A stretch of DNA of 32,126 nucleotides from Candidatus Hydrothermarchaeota archaeon (GTDB taxonomy: Archaea > Hydrothermarchaeota > Hydrothermarchaeia > Hydrothermarchaeales > WAQR01). The DNA is taken from the NCBI GenBank assembly GCA_015520145.1, contig WAQR01000125.1, positions 1 to 32,126 on the forward strand, written 5' to 3'. Positions 23,286 to 30,059 of this stretch are shown piece after piece. The translations under genes and the position numbers were made by a program. Numbering within the stretch: the stretch's first letter is position 1; each line of letters starts with the position of its first letter. The notes beneath the pieces are model-generated. The model saw only the letters and a program-made list of their open reading frames with translations. It made no database searches and had not been told where the DNA came from.

Positions 23286-23963
23286 ATGGCAATTAAAGCG
23301 ATATTCTTCGATATCGATGACACGCTCTACGACAGCACGAAACTATCCACTTTTGCAAGGAAAAATTCTGTCGATGCCATGATAGATGCAGGGCTCCCTG
23401 GTAGCAGTGAAGAGATATACAGGGCCCTGGAAGAGATAATAGACAGATTTGGAGCGAACTACGGGCGGCATTATGATGAGCTGTTAAATATGCTTGGCCT
23501 CACCTGGAATCCGAAGATCGTTGCGGCAGGTGTGGTGGCATACGAACGCACAAAGGTGGGGTATCTAAAACCCTATCCAGGTGTAGTCCCGCTGTTATTA
23601 AAACTGAAACAGAGATACAGGCTTGGCATCATAAGCAACGGTCTTCCAGTCAAGCAGTGGGAGAAGTTGATAGGTCTTGGGATTCACCACCTGTTCGATA
23701 CTGTTGCAACATCTGGGGAACATGGATTCAAGAAACCCGAAAAAGAGATATTCGATTTTGCAATGGAAAACCTGGGGGTCAGGCCAGGCGAATCAATAAT
23801 GGTCGGTGACAGGCTGGACACAGACATCCTCGGCGGCAACCGGGCAGGCATGACGACAGTAAGGCTGAGGCGGGGGAAATATGCCGACAGAGAACCGGCG
23901 GGTGAAGAACAGAGACCTGACCACGAGATATCTGCGCTCTCGGAGATCCTGGAAATTATATAA
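23286..23963 (+). CDS. HAD-superfamily (subfamily IA) phosphatase/hydrolase
   Basis: 225-aa ORF with motif I FFDIDDTLY, motif II ISNG, and motif III/IV K...GDRLDTDI. Confidence 0.85.
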   Translation: MAIKAIFFDIDDTLYDSTKLSTFARKNSVDAMIDAGLPGSSEEIYRALEEIIDRFGANYGRHYDELLNMLGLTWNPKIVAAGVVAYERTKVGYLKPYPGVVPLLLKLKQRYRLGIISNGLPVKQWEKLIGLGIHHLFDTVATSGEHGFKKPEKEIFDFAMENLGVRPGESIMVGDRLDTDILGGNRAGMTTVRLRRGKYADREPAGEEQRPDHEISALSEILEII

Positions 23964-23977
23964 GTCAGATCTTTCCC

Positions 23978-24017
23978 TCAATCCCTCTCAATCTTCTTCA
24001 ATCCTCTTCAATCCCCA
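23978..24017. repeat. 10-bp tandem array x4 (TCAATCCYCT-like)
   Basis: The units start at 23978, 23988, 23998 and 24008. The array straddles the stop codon (23998-24000) of the minus-strand wHTH gene and encodes its last residues (GIEED). Confidence 0.9.
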
Positions 24018-24405
24018 TCTTCCTCACACAATAGACCCCAAGCGGCCCGATTTCCATATCCTGGAGTATTATATAATAACACGATTTAAGCTGCCTCCCG
24101 CAGCGCCTGCACCTGTCATCGCACTCGACCTTTTTTATACCAGGATAATCATACTTCTCTTCGACAGCGTCCTGTTCCACTATGATTATTTTCCCATCCT
24201 CCCGCCTAATCAGCCCTTCTCGTTCTGCCACTTCAAGTATCCTTTTCACAAGCTCTGGAACTTTCGTCACAAGTTCGATTATGTCAACCGCCTCACTGAC
24301 AGTAAACTCACCCTTTAAAAGTCTCAAAAGCTGGATGCCGTGTCTGACCTTCCTCTCACTGTCCATAGTCTTGAGTTGGCGGGCAGGATTTAAATTTGTT
24401 TGCAA
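23998..24405 (-). CDS. hypothetical winged-helix plus Cys-rich (zinc-ribbon-like) protein
   Basis: 135-aa ORF. VAEREGLIRREDGKIIIVE is wing-like. The C-terminus carries CDDRCRRCG...C...C. The start is ambiguous: ATG at 24405, or the internal ATG at complement 24364-24366 giving MDSERK. The last codons are encoded by a decamer repeat. Confidence 0.5.
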   Translation of the reverse strand: MQTNLNPARQLKTMDSERKVRHGIQLLRLLKGEFTVSEAVDIIELVTKVPELVKRILEVAEREGLIRREDGKIIIVEQDAVEEKYDYPGIKKVECDDRCRRCGRQLKSCYYIILQDMEIGPLGVYCVRKMGIEED

Positions 24406-24503
24406 TGAAAAGTTTTTTAAATAGGTGAGGATAGTGTTATCTTATATGAGTATTATAAAATGAGGGGATATGATAGAGACAGAGATTTTGAGGGTATTTA
24501 AAA

Positions 24504-24752
24504 ATGAAAGTAAAAATTTATTCTACACCAATGTGTCCTTTCTGTAAGAAGGCAAAGGAATTTTTTAAAGAGAACGGAATCGAATTTGATGAGGTAAACG
24601 TTGCAGAAAATGAAAAAGAAAGAGAAGAGATGATCAAGAAAAGCGGACAGATGGGTGTTCCTGTCATTGAAATAACGAGACCTGGCGGTGACACTGAAAT
24701 AATAATCGGATTTGATAAAAAGAGGTTGAAACAAGTAATCGGAATCCCGTGA
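24504..24752 (+). CDS. glutaredoxin/NrdH-like small redoxin
   Basis: 82-aa ORF. MKVKIYSTPMCPFCKKAKEFF has the CPFC active site. GVPVIEI has the cis-Pro region of the thioredoxin fold. Confidence 0.85.
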   Translation: MKVKIYSTPMCPFCKKAKEFFKENGIEFDEVNVAENEKEREEMIKKSGQMGVPVIEITRPGGDTEIIIGFDKKRLKQVIGIP

Positions 24753-24762
24753 AAGTAAAGAA

Positions 24763-24778
24763 TAAGAGTGTAAGAGTA
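24763..24778. repeat. 8-bp tandem duplication x2
   Basis: TAAGAGTG at 24763-24770 and TAAGAGTA at 24771-24778, in the glutaredoxin/deoA spacer. Confidence 0.8.
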
Positions 24779-24788
24779 TAAACGTGGG

Positions 24789-26330
24789 ATGAAAATGGAG
24801 AAAAAATTAAGTGTACGTTCATGGGACATCAAGGTTGGAAGGCTTGAAGTGATGCTGGATGATGAAGATGCAAGGGACATGGGACTGCATCCAAAAGACA
24901 GGGTCAAGATGTTCGCCAACGGGAAGCCCGTAGTCGCTATTGTCAGCATATCTAAAAATCTTGTCAGGAAAGGAGAGATAGGGGTTACTGGCGACGTATC
25001 AGAAGTCTGCAAACTAAATGACGGCGATGTGGTCTCAGTCATCCCAGCAGAAAAGCCAAAATCTGTCGAATATATAAGGAAAAAGATGAACGGCGAGGCG
25101 CTGGAAGAACGAGAATATGAGGCAATCGTAAGGGACGTGATTACAAACCATCTAAGCGAGATAGAGCTTACAGCCTTTGTTTCAGCCCTGTATATTAACG
25201 AGATGACAATGGACGAAACAGCATCTCTCACAAGACAGATAGCCAGAACCGGGGAGATGCTCGAACTCAAAAAGAAACCCGTATTCGATAAGCACAGTAT
25301 CGGCGGAGTCCCGGGTAATAAGATCACCCTGCTAATCGTCCCGATTGTAGCAGCAGCAGGCCTGACCATTCCAAAGACATCGTCTCGCGCGATAACATCT
25401 GCATCCGGAACAGCAGACACCATGGAGGTACTGGCACCTGTCAATTTCAATGCAGGTGAGATCGAGAACATCGTAAATAAAACCGACGGGATAATCTGCT
25501 GGGGTGGAGGGGTGAATCTCGCTCCGGCAGATGACATATTCATCCAGGTGGAATACCCGCTGGCAATAGACCCTCACAATCTTGCAATCTGCAGTGTGAT
25601 GGCAAAAAAGTTTGCTGTGGGAGCGGATTTTGTTGCAATCGACCTTCCAATGGGAAGCGAGACCAAGGTAAGGAACATGGGCGAGGCGAAACGATTTGCA
25701 AGGGATTTTATCGAACTCGGTGAGAGGATAGGGATAAACGTCGAATGTGCAGTGACATACGGCGATAAACCGATTGGCAGGGCGGTAGGGCCTGCCCTGG
25801 AGGCAAGGGAGGGACTCATCGCACTTGAGGGCAGAGGGCCAGGCAGCCTTATCGAGAAATCCACCGATATCGCCGGGATGATACTGGAAGCGGGTGGTGT
25901 TGCCAGGAAAGGTGCCGGGAAGAGCGTTGCAATGGAGTACCTTGAATCTGGAAAGGCTGTTCAAAAGATGAGAGAGATAATCGAAGCACAGGGCGGTGAC
26001 CCGAATGTCGGTGCAAAGGATATTGCGGTTGGAGAGTTTAGTGAGAAGATATATTCCTCTGACAGGGGTTATGTGACGCACATCTCCAACAAGGCCATCG
26101 TCAAGGTCGCAAGGGCGGCAGGTTCTCCTAAAGACAAAGGTGCAGGCATTCTCCTCCATGTAAGCAAAGGGGCGAAAGTGAAAAGGGGAGATGTACTGTA
26201 TGAGATATATTCTGAATCTGAATATAAACTTGACCAGGCAATAAAACTGGCAAAACAGCTCTCTCCTGTCGTACTTGAGGGAATGCTATTAAAAAGGATA
26301 CCTGATTTTACAGTCTTTGAAAACGAATGA
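24789..26330 (+). CDS. deoA: AMP phosphorylase (archaeal DeoA-type, thymidine phosphorylase family with an N-terminal extension)
   Basis: 513-aa ORF. About 85 aa of N-terminal extra domain precedes the glycosyltransferase family 3 core (DKHSIGGVPGNK, TSSRAITSASGTAD). This architecture is typical of archaeal AMP phosphorylase. Confidence 0.8.
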   Translation: MKMEKKLSVRSWDIKVGRLEVMLDDEDARDMGLHPKDRVKMFANGKPVVAIVSISKNLVRKGEIGVTGDVSEVCKLNDGDVVSVIPAEKPKSVEYIRKKMNGEALEEREYEAIVRDVITNHLSEIELTAFVSALYINEMTMDETASLTRQIARTGEMLELKKKPVFDKHSIGGVPGNKITLLIVPIVAAAGLTIPKTSSRAITSASGTADTMEVLAPVNFNAGEIENIVNKTDGIICWGGGVNLAPADDIFIQVEYPLAIDPHNLAICSVMAKKFAVGADFVAIDLPMGSETKVRNMGEAKRFARDFIELGERIGINVECAVTYGDKPIGRAVGPALEAREGLIALEGRGPGSLIEKSTDIAGMILEAGGVARKGAGKSVAMEYLESGKAVQKMREIIEAQGGDPNVGAKDIAVGEFSEKIYSSDRGYVTHISNKAIVKVARAAGSPKDKGAGILLHVSKGAKVKRGDVLYEIYSESEYKLDQAIKLAKQLSPVVLEGMLLKRIPDFTVFENE

Positions 26331-26365
26331 ATCAGGGGGCGGGTGGTGGGCGGCAGGTTATATCT

Positions 26366-26746
26366 TCATATCTTCCCATACTTCTCCAGTACCCTATTGA
26401 CCCGTTTAACCAGGTCCTCCCTGATAAACGGCTTGGTAATATAATCATCTGCTTTAAGTACCTGTATCCCCAGCATTTTATCTATATTCTGCGCCCTTAT
26501 GGTGAGGAGGATTATTGGAACATCTTTATTCTTCTCTCTTATCTTTCTAAAGACATCCCATCCGTCAATCTCGGGCATCATGATATCCAGGATGATTAAG
26601 TCCGGTACATAGGTATCCAGTTTTTCCAGGCACTCTGCTCCACTAAGCGCTTCAGTAACCTCATGACCCTTCTTCTCCAAAACAAGTTTTACAAGATCCA
26701 CGGTATCCTGTTCGTCGTCGACAACCATTATTTTACTCATCTTCAC
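26366..26746 (-). CDS. CheY-like response regulator, receiver domain only
   Basis: 126-aa ORF. IMVVDDE, DLIILDIMMPEIDG (phospho-acceptor Asp), LLT and a conserved Lys (ITKPF). Confidence 0.9.
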   Translation of the reverse strand: MKMSKIMVVDDEQDTVDLVKLVLEKKGHEVTEALSGAECLEKLDTYVPDLIILDIMMPEIDGWDVFRKIREKNKDVPIILLTIRAQNIDKMLGIQVLKADDYITKPFIREDLVKRVNRVLEKYGKI

Positions 26747-26768
26747 TCACACCATATTTTTAATAATA

Positions 26769-28232
26769 TTAAATCCCTGGCAGCTTTGGCAGTACCACAT
26801 TAAATATGCTCCCGCCGTCGGGATTGTCCTCAACCCATACATCCCCACGGTGCAGCAGCACACATTTTTTCACGATTGCAAGTCCAAGCCCTGTACCCTT
26901 TACACCGGTATTTTTCACACGTTCAAATCTATCAAATATCTTCTCTTTATCTTCATCCATGATTCCTATACCGTTATCTGCTATAGAGATTTTATATCTG
27001 TCTTTCTCGTCCTTAACATCAATTATTATCTTTGAATTTTCCGGGCTATATTTTATTGCGTTTGAGATAAGATTTACAAACACGGTCTCAATAGACGGAT
27101 TCAAATCCGTTAACTGTTTCCCTTTGGGTTTGAAGATCACTTCGATATCCTTTTCCTTTTGCATGTTCTCGTTGCTAAGAATTGCGTCCTGTATATATTT
27201 GTTTATATCCTCCCTCTCGAACTCGAGTTTATCAATGGTCTGGAGTTTTGCATACATTGATGCGTTTTCAATCATTTCGATTATCCTTTCAGCCTGTCTC
27301 AGGATAAGTTTCAGCCCGTCTGTCACGTCTTCTGGGTCATTGTCCTCTAACATTGTCTCTGTTTTCAGGAAGATAATGCTGGCAGGGTTTAACATATCAT
27401 GGTGCATGATGTCTGTAAAGAGGTCTTTTAACCTGTTTGACTCCTCGAGTTTTTTTGAGTAATTCATTAACGTATCTTCTGCGGTCTTCCTCTTCGTCAC
27501 ATCTTTCACAAAGACAGATATCCCGTCAGTTGTGGGATACACCTCTATATCAAAAAAACCTTTTACATTCTCATTTTCAAATTTGATTTCTGTCAGTGTT
27601 GTCTGTTTTCCTGTCTCAATCGCTTCTTTATATATCTTCCCGATTACCGTCTCCCTGGCATCAGGGAAGACCTCGAATAGATTTTTGCCGATTGCATCCT
27701 CTGCCCTGATCCCTGTTAATTTTTCTGATGCCCTGTTCCAGTAGGTGTAATTCAAATCTCTGTCAAGTGCGAAGAATACGTCTGAAATACTCTCTGTCAG
27801 CTTCCTGTACTTCTCTTCCTCCTCCTGGATGGACTTCTCTGATTTTATCATCTGTGTAATGTCTCTCGATATATGGATGAACCTCTGGATATCTCCATTT
27901 TCGTCTTTTAGAGGGTATACAGAAACTTCAACATAACGTCTATTGCCGTTCTTATCAAGATGTGTATGCAGTCTTGCGCATGGGCTACCGGTCTTCATGA
28001 CCTCTGTTAGAGGACATGGATGGTGCGGCGGGCTGCAGGGTTCATCCAGATGATGGGTGATTCTGTAACATGGGCTGCCTATAACTTCTTTTAACGGCAT
28101 TTTGACAGACTTTATAAGGCTTGTATTTGAATAAATTATTGTGAACTCCTTTGATAGAAGCATTATACTTTCGCTTATCCCTTCTAATATGACACCTGCA
28201 AAGTCTTTAAGAACATCCTTTTTTCCCTGCAT
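26769..28232 (-). CDS. cytoplasmic PAS-PAS sensor histidine kinase
   Basis: 487-aa ORF with two PAS-like segments, an H-box FTDIMHHDMLNP, N-box NLISNAIKY, G1 DNGIGI and G2 GTGLGL. It ends 22 nt upstream of the receiver gene, so a likely HK-RR operon. No TM helices are evident. Confidence 0.9.
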   Translation of the reverse strand: MQGKKDVLKDFAGVILEGISESIMLLSKEFTIIYSNTSLIKSVKMPLKEVIGSPCYRITHHLDEPCSPPHHPCPLTEVMKTGSPCARLHTHLDKNGNRRYVEVSVYPLKDENGDIQRFIHISRDITQMIKSEKSIQEEEEKYRKLTESISDVFFALDRDLNYTYWNRASEKLTGIRAEDAIGKNLFEVFPDARETVIGKIYKEAIETGKQTTLTEIKFENENVKGFFDIEVYPTTDGISVFVKDVTKRKTAEDTLMNYSKKLEESNRLKDLFTDIMHHDMLNPASIIFLKTETMLEDNDPEDVTDGLKLILRQAERIIEMIENASMYAKLQTIDKLEFEREDINKYIQDAILSNENMQKEKDIEVIFKPKGKQLTDLNPSIETVFVNLISNAIKYSPENSKIIIDVKDEKDRYKISIADNGIGIMDEDKEKIFDRFERVKNTGVKGTGLGLAIVKKCVLLHRGDVWVEDNPDGGSIFNVVLPKLPGI

Positions 28233-28346
28233 TTTCCCGTCCCGTAAGTTTAATACAAACTCAAGTTCTAAAGTGATTTTTATTGTATATTTAGTTTATG
28301 GTAAAACTAGTATCTCTAAATGAAATCTGGTAATTCCCACAAGAGG

Positions 28347-28391
28347 CTAAAAGCCGGGAAGACTTCTGGTTAGGCTACACCTGGCTTTTAG
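28347..28391. promoter_or_regulatory. 9-bp perfect inverted repeat separated by 27 bp
   Basis: CTAAAAGCC (28347-28355) and GGCTTTTAG (28383-28391) lie between the divergent HK and acylphosphatase-like promoters. Confidence 0.35.
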
Positions 28392-28433
28392 ACGAACTTA
28401 TGGCCATTTGGAGGATACTGGCAGATGCATAAG

Positions 28434-28442
28434 TTTTAAATA
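28434..28442 (+). promoter_or_regulatory. TATA-box-like element for the acylphosphatase-like gene (leaderless transcript expected)
   Basis: TTTTAAATA is centred about 28 bp upstream of the ATG at 28466. No usable SD spacing is present. Confidence 0.4.
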
Positions 28443-28465
28443 TCACGAATTATGAATCATAGGAT

Positions 28466-29176
28466 ATGCCCAAGTACAGAGTAACCATAACCGGCAGCAG
28501 GGTCCACAACGTTGCATATCGCCCGTTTCTCCTGTCGGTTGCCGAAGGATTTGAAATTGACCGATTCTTTGCTAAAAATATCCGGAAAGGAAATACAGGG
28601 ATCGTGGAGGCGTTAATAGATGGAGATGAAGATAAAATTGAGAGATTTAAAGAGTATATCATGGAAAATTTCCCTGAAAACGCCTCTGTCGATGATATAG
28701 CCTTTTCAGATTATGATGGTCATGTAATGAGCGTGGAATCCTTTTACAGATACCTGACTGCAAGTCAGCTCTCGAAAATTGCAGGCACAGGGGTATCTCT
28801 GCTAAAGATAACTGAAGGGATATCAAAAAAGCAGGACATGATGCTCGAGAAACAGGACATGATGCTCGAGAAGCAGGACAGCATGTTAGAGAAGCAGGAC
28901 ATGATGCTCGAGAAACAAGACATGATGTTAGAGAAACAGGACAAGATGCTCGAGAAACAGGACAAGATGTTAGAGAAGCAGGACAGCATGTTAGAGAAGC
29001 AGGATTCCCTTAAAGATGTTGTGGAGCGCGGTTTCAGGGAGCTAAAGGAGGAGCACATCAAGACGAGGGAGATGTCAATGGAGATATTCCGGTCAGAAGT
29101 TCAGGTGCTAAGGGAGGAGATCGATTCCCTGCGTTCGAGCGTTGAAGAGATAAGGAAGAAGGTCGGGATAGCTTAA
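28466..29176 (+). CDS. acylphosphatase-like domain protein with a heptad (KQDxMLE) tandem-repeat region and a C-terminal helical tail
   Basis: 236-aa ORF. The N-terminus YRVTITGSRVHNVAYRPF...AKN...G.VEALIDGDEDKIERFKEYI parallels the acylphosphatase/HypF-N pattern V.G.VQGV.FR...N...G.V. Residues from about 122 to 180 are eight to nine 7-aa repeats. Confidence 0.6.
   Translation: MPKYRVTITGSRVHNVAYRPFLLSVAEGFEIDRFFAKNIRKGNTGIVEALIDGDEDKIERFKEYIMENFPENASVDDIAFSDYDGHVMSVESFYRYLTASQLSKIAGTGVSLLKITEGISKKQDMMLEKQDMMLEKQDSMLEKQDMMLEKQDMMLEKQDKMLEKQDKMLEKQDSMLEKQDSLKDVVERGFRELKEEHIKTREMSMEIFRSEVQVLREEIDSLRSSVEEIRKKVGIA
28829..29005 (+). repeat. in-frame 21-nt tandem repeat, 8 full copies plus a partial ninth
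   Basis: Unit boundaries start at 28829, 28850, 28871, 28892, 28913, 28934, 28955 and 28976 (AAR CAR GAC NNN ATG YTN GAG). The encoded array is KQD(M/S/K)MLE x8, then KQDSL. Confidence 0.95.
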
Positions 29177-29287
29177 TTGTAATTGAGCTGGAGGTGGAGG
29201 CATGTCTGCCGGACATGTCCGAGAAAGTTATTTAAGCATAAATGGATACAATGAAGGCATTAGATAAAATCTGACCAGGTAGATTAG

Positions 29288-30010
29288 ATGCCTACAACCG
29301 AGCCTCCAGATGACGAAAAACGGTCCCTGGAAGAACACCTAGAAGAGTTACTCAAACGCCTTTTGATAGTTGTTATCCAGCTTGTTATACTCACTCTACT
29401 ATTCTTCCCGGTAAGTGGAGAAGTAATAAAATTTATAAAATACGACCTCCTTCCACAGGATATTGATTTGATTGTACTAAATCCGCTCGAGTTTATATAT
29501 ATGAGATTCCAGATATCGATAGTATTTGCCCTGATATTCACGACACCAACGATAATCTTCGAATCATATCGTTTCATGAAACCCGGACTGTTCCCAAGTG
29601 AGAGGAACCTCTTTTTAAAGGTCGTTCCAGCATCATTTTTACTTTTTGTTGTTGGAGGGATCTTTTCTTACAAAATCCTAGTCCCTATCTCACTCGAATC
29701 CCTTATAGAATACTCAAAAAATGCTGTTGTCCCTGTACTTACATTGACCAGGTTTATATCCTTTGTATCATTCATGCTCTTGAGTCTTGGTCTCATTTTC
29801 CAGTTCCCCCTGGTAATCTCATTTCTCGTAAAGAGCGGGCTTATAAAGGTCAGCGACCTTAAAGAAAAGAGAAAGTTAGTATATCTTACAATGGTGGCTT
29901 TTAGTATGGTAATATCTCCTGAGAGTACATTTGTAACCCCGTTTCTAATAGCCTTGAGTATGATCGCTGTCTATGAAATGAGCCTCGTTTTTGCTAAACA
30001 TTTCTTATAA
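29288..30010 (+). CDS. tatC: twin-arginine translocase subunit TatC
   Basis: 240-aa ORF. LEEHLEELLKRL at the N-terminus is followed by six TM segments and F..PGL..(S/K)ER (FMKPGLFPSERN). No tatA is evident next to it. Confidence 0.85.
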   Translation: MPTTEPPDDEKRSLEEHLEELLKRLLIVVIQLVILTLLFFPVSGEVIKFIKYDLLPQDIDLIVLNPLEFIYMRFQISIVFALIFTTPTIIFESYRFMKPGLFPSERNLFLKVVPASFLLFVVGGIFSYKILVPISLESLIEYSKNAVVPVLTLTRFISFVSFMLLSLGLIFQFPLVISFLVKSGLIKVSDLKEKRKLVYLTMVAFSMVISPESTFVTPFLIALSMIAVYEMSLVFAKHFL

Positions 30011-30031
30011 CTTATAATTAACTCTTAACTC
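30004..30031. repeat. two adjacent 7-bp tandem duplications
   Basis: CTTATAA occurs at 30004-30010 and 30011-30017. TTAACTC occurs at 30018-30024 and 30025-30031. The first pair overlaps the tatC stop codon; the spacer is convergent with the dehydratase gene. Confidence 0.9.
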
Positions 30032-30059
30032 TTTCACAACTCCTCTATCACAGCCTCCT

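Noticed and set aside
26335-26353. G-rich tract GGGGGCGGGTGGTGGGCGG in the convergent deoA/response-regulator spacer, as a G-quadruplex.
   Set aside because: Only three runs of three or more G are present; the others are GG. At best this is a weak two-tetrad G4, and a single occurrence is not compelling.
29177-29287. A tatA or another small gene between the repeat-protein gene and tatC. A 21-aa ORF starts at about 29204, and a CATGTC/GACATG hairpin lies at about 29203-29219.
   Set aside because: The ORF has no hydrophobic TatA-like helix. The hairpin is short (6 bp), so at most it is a weak terminator.
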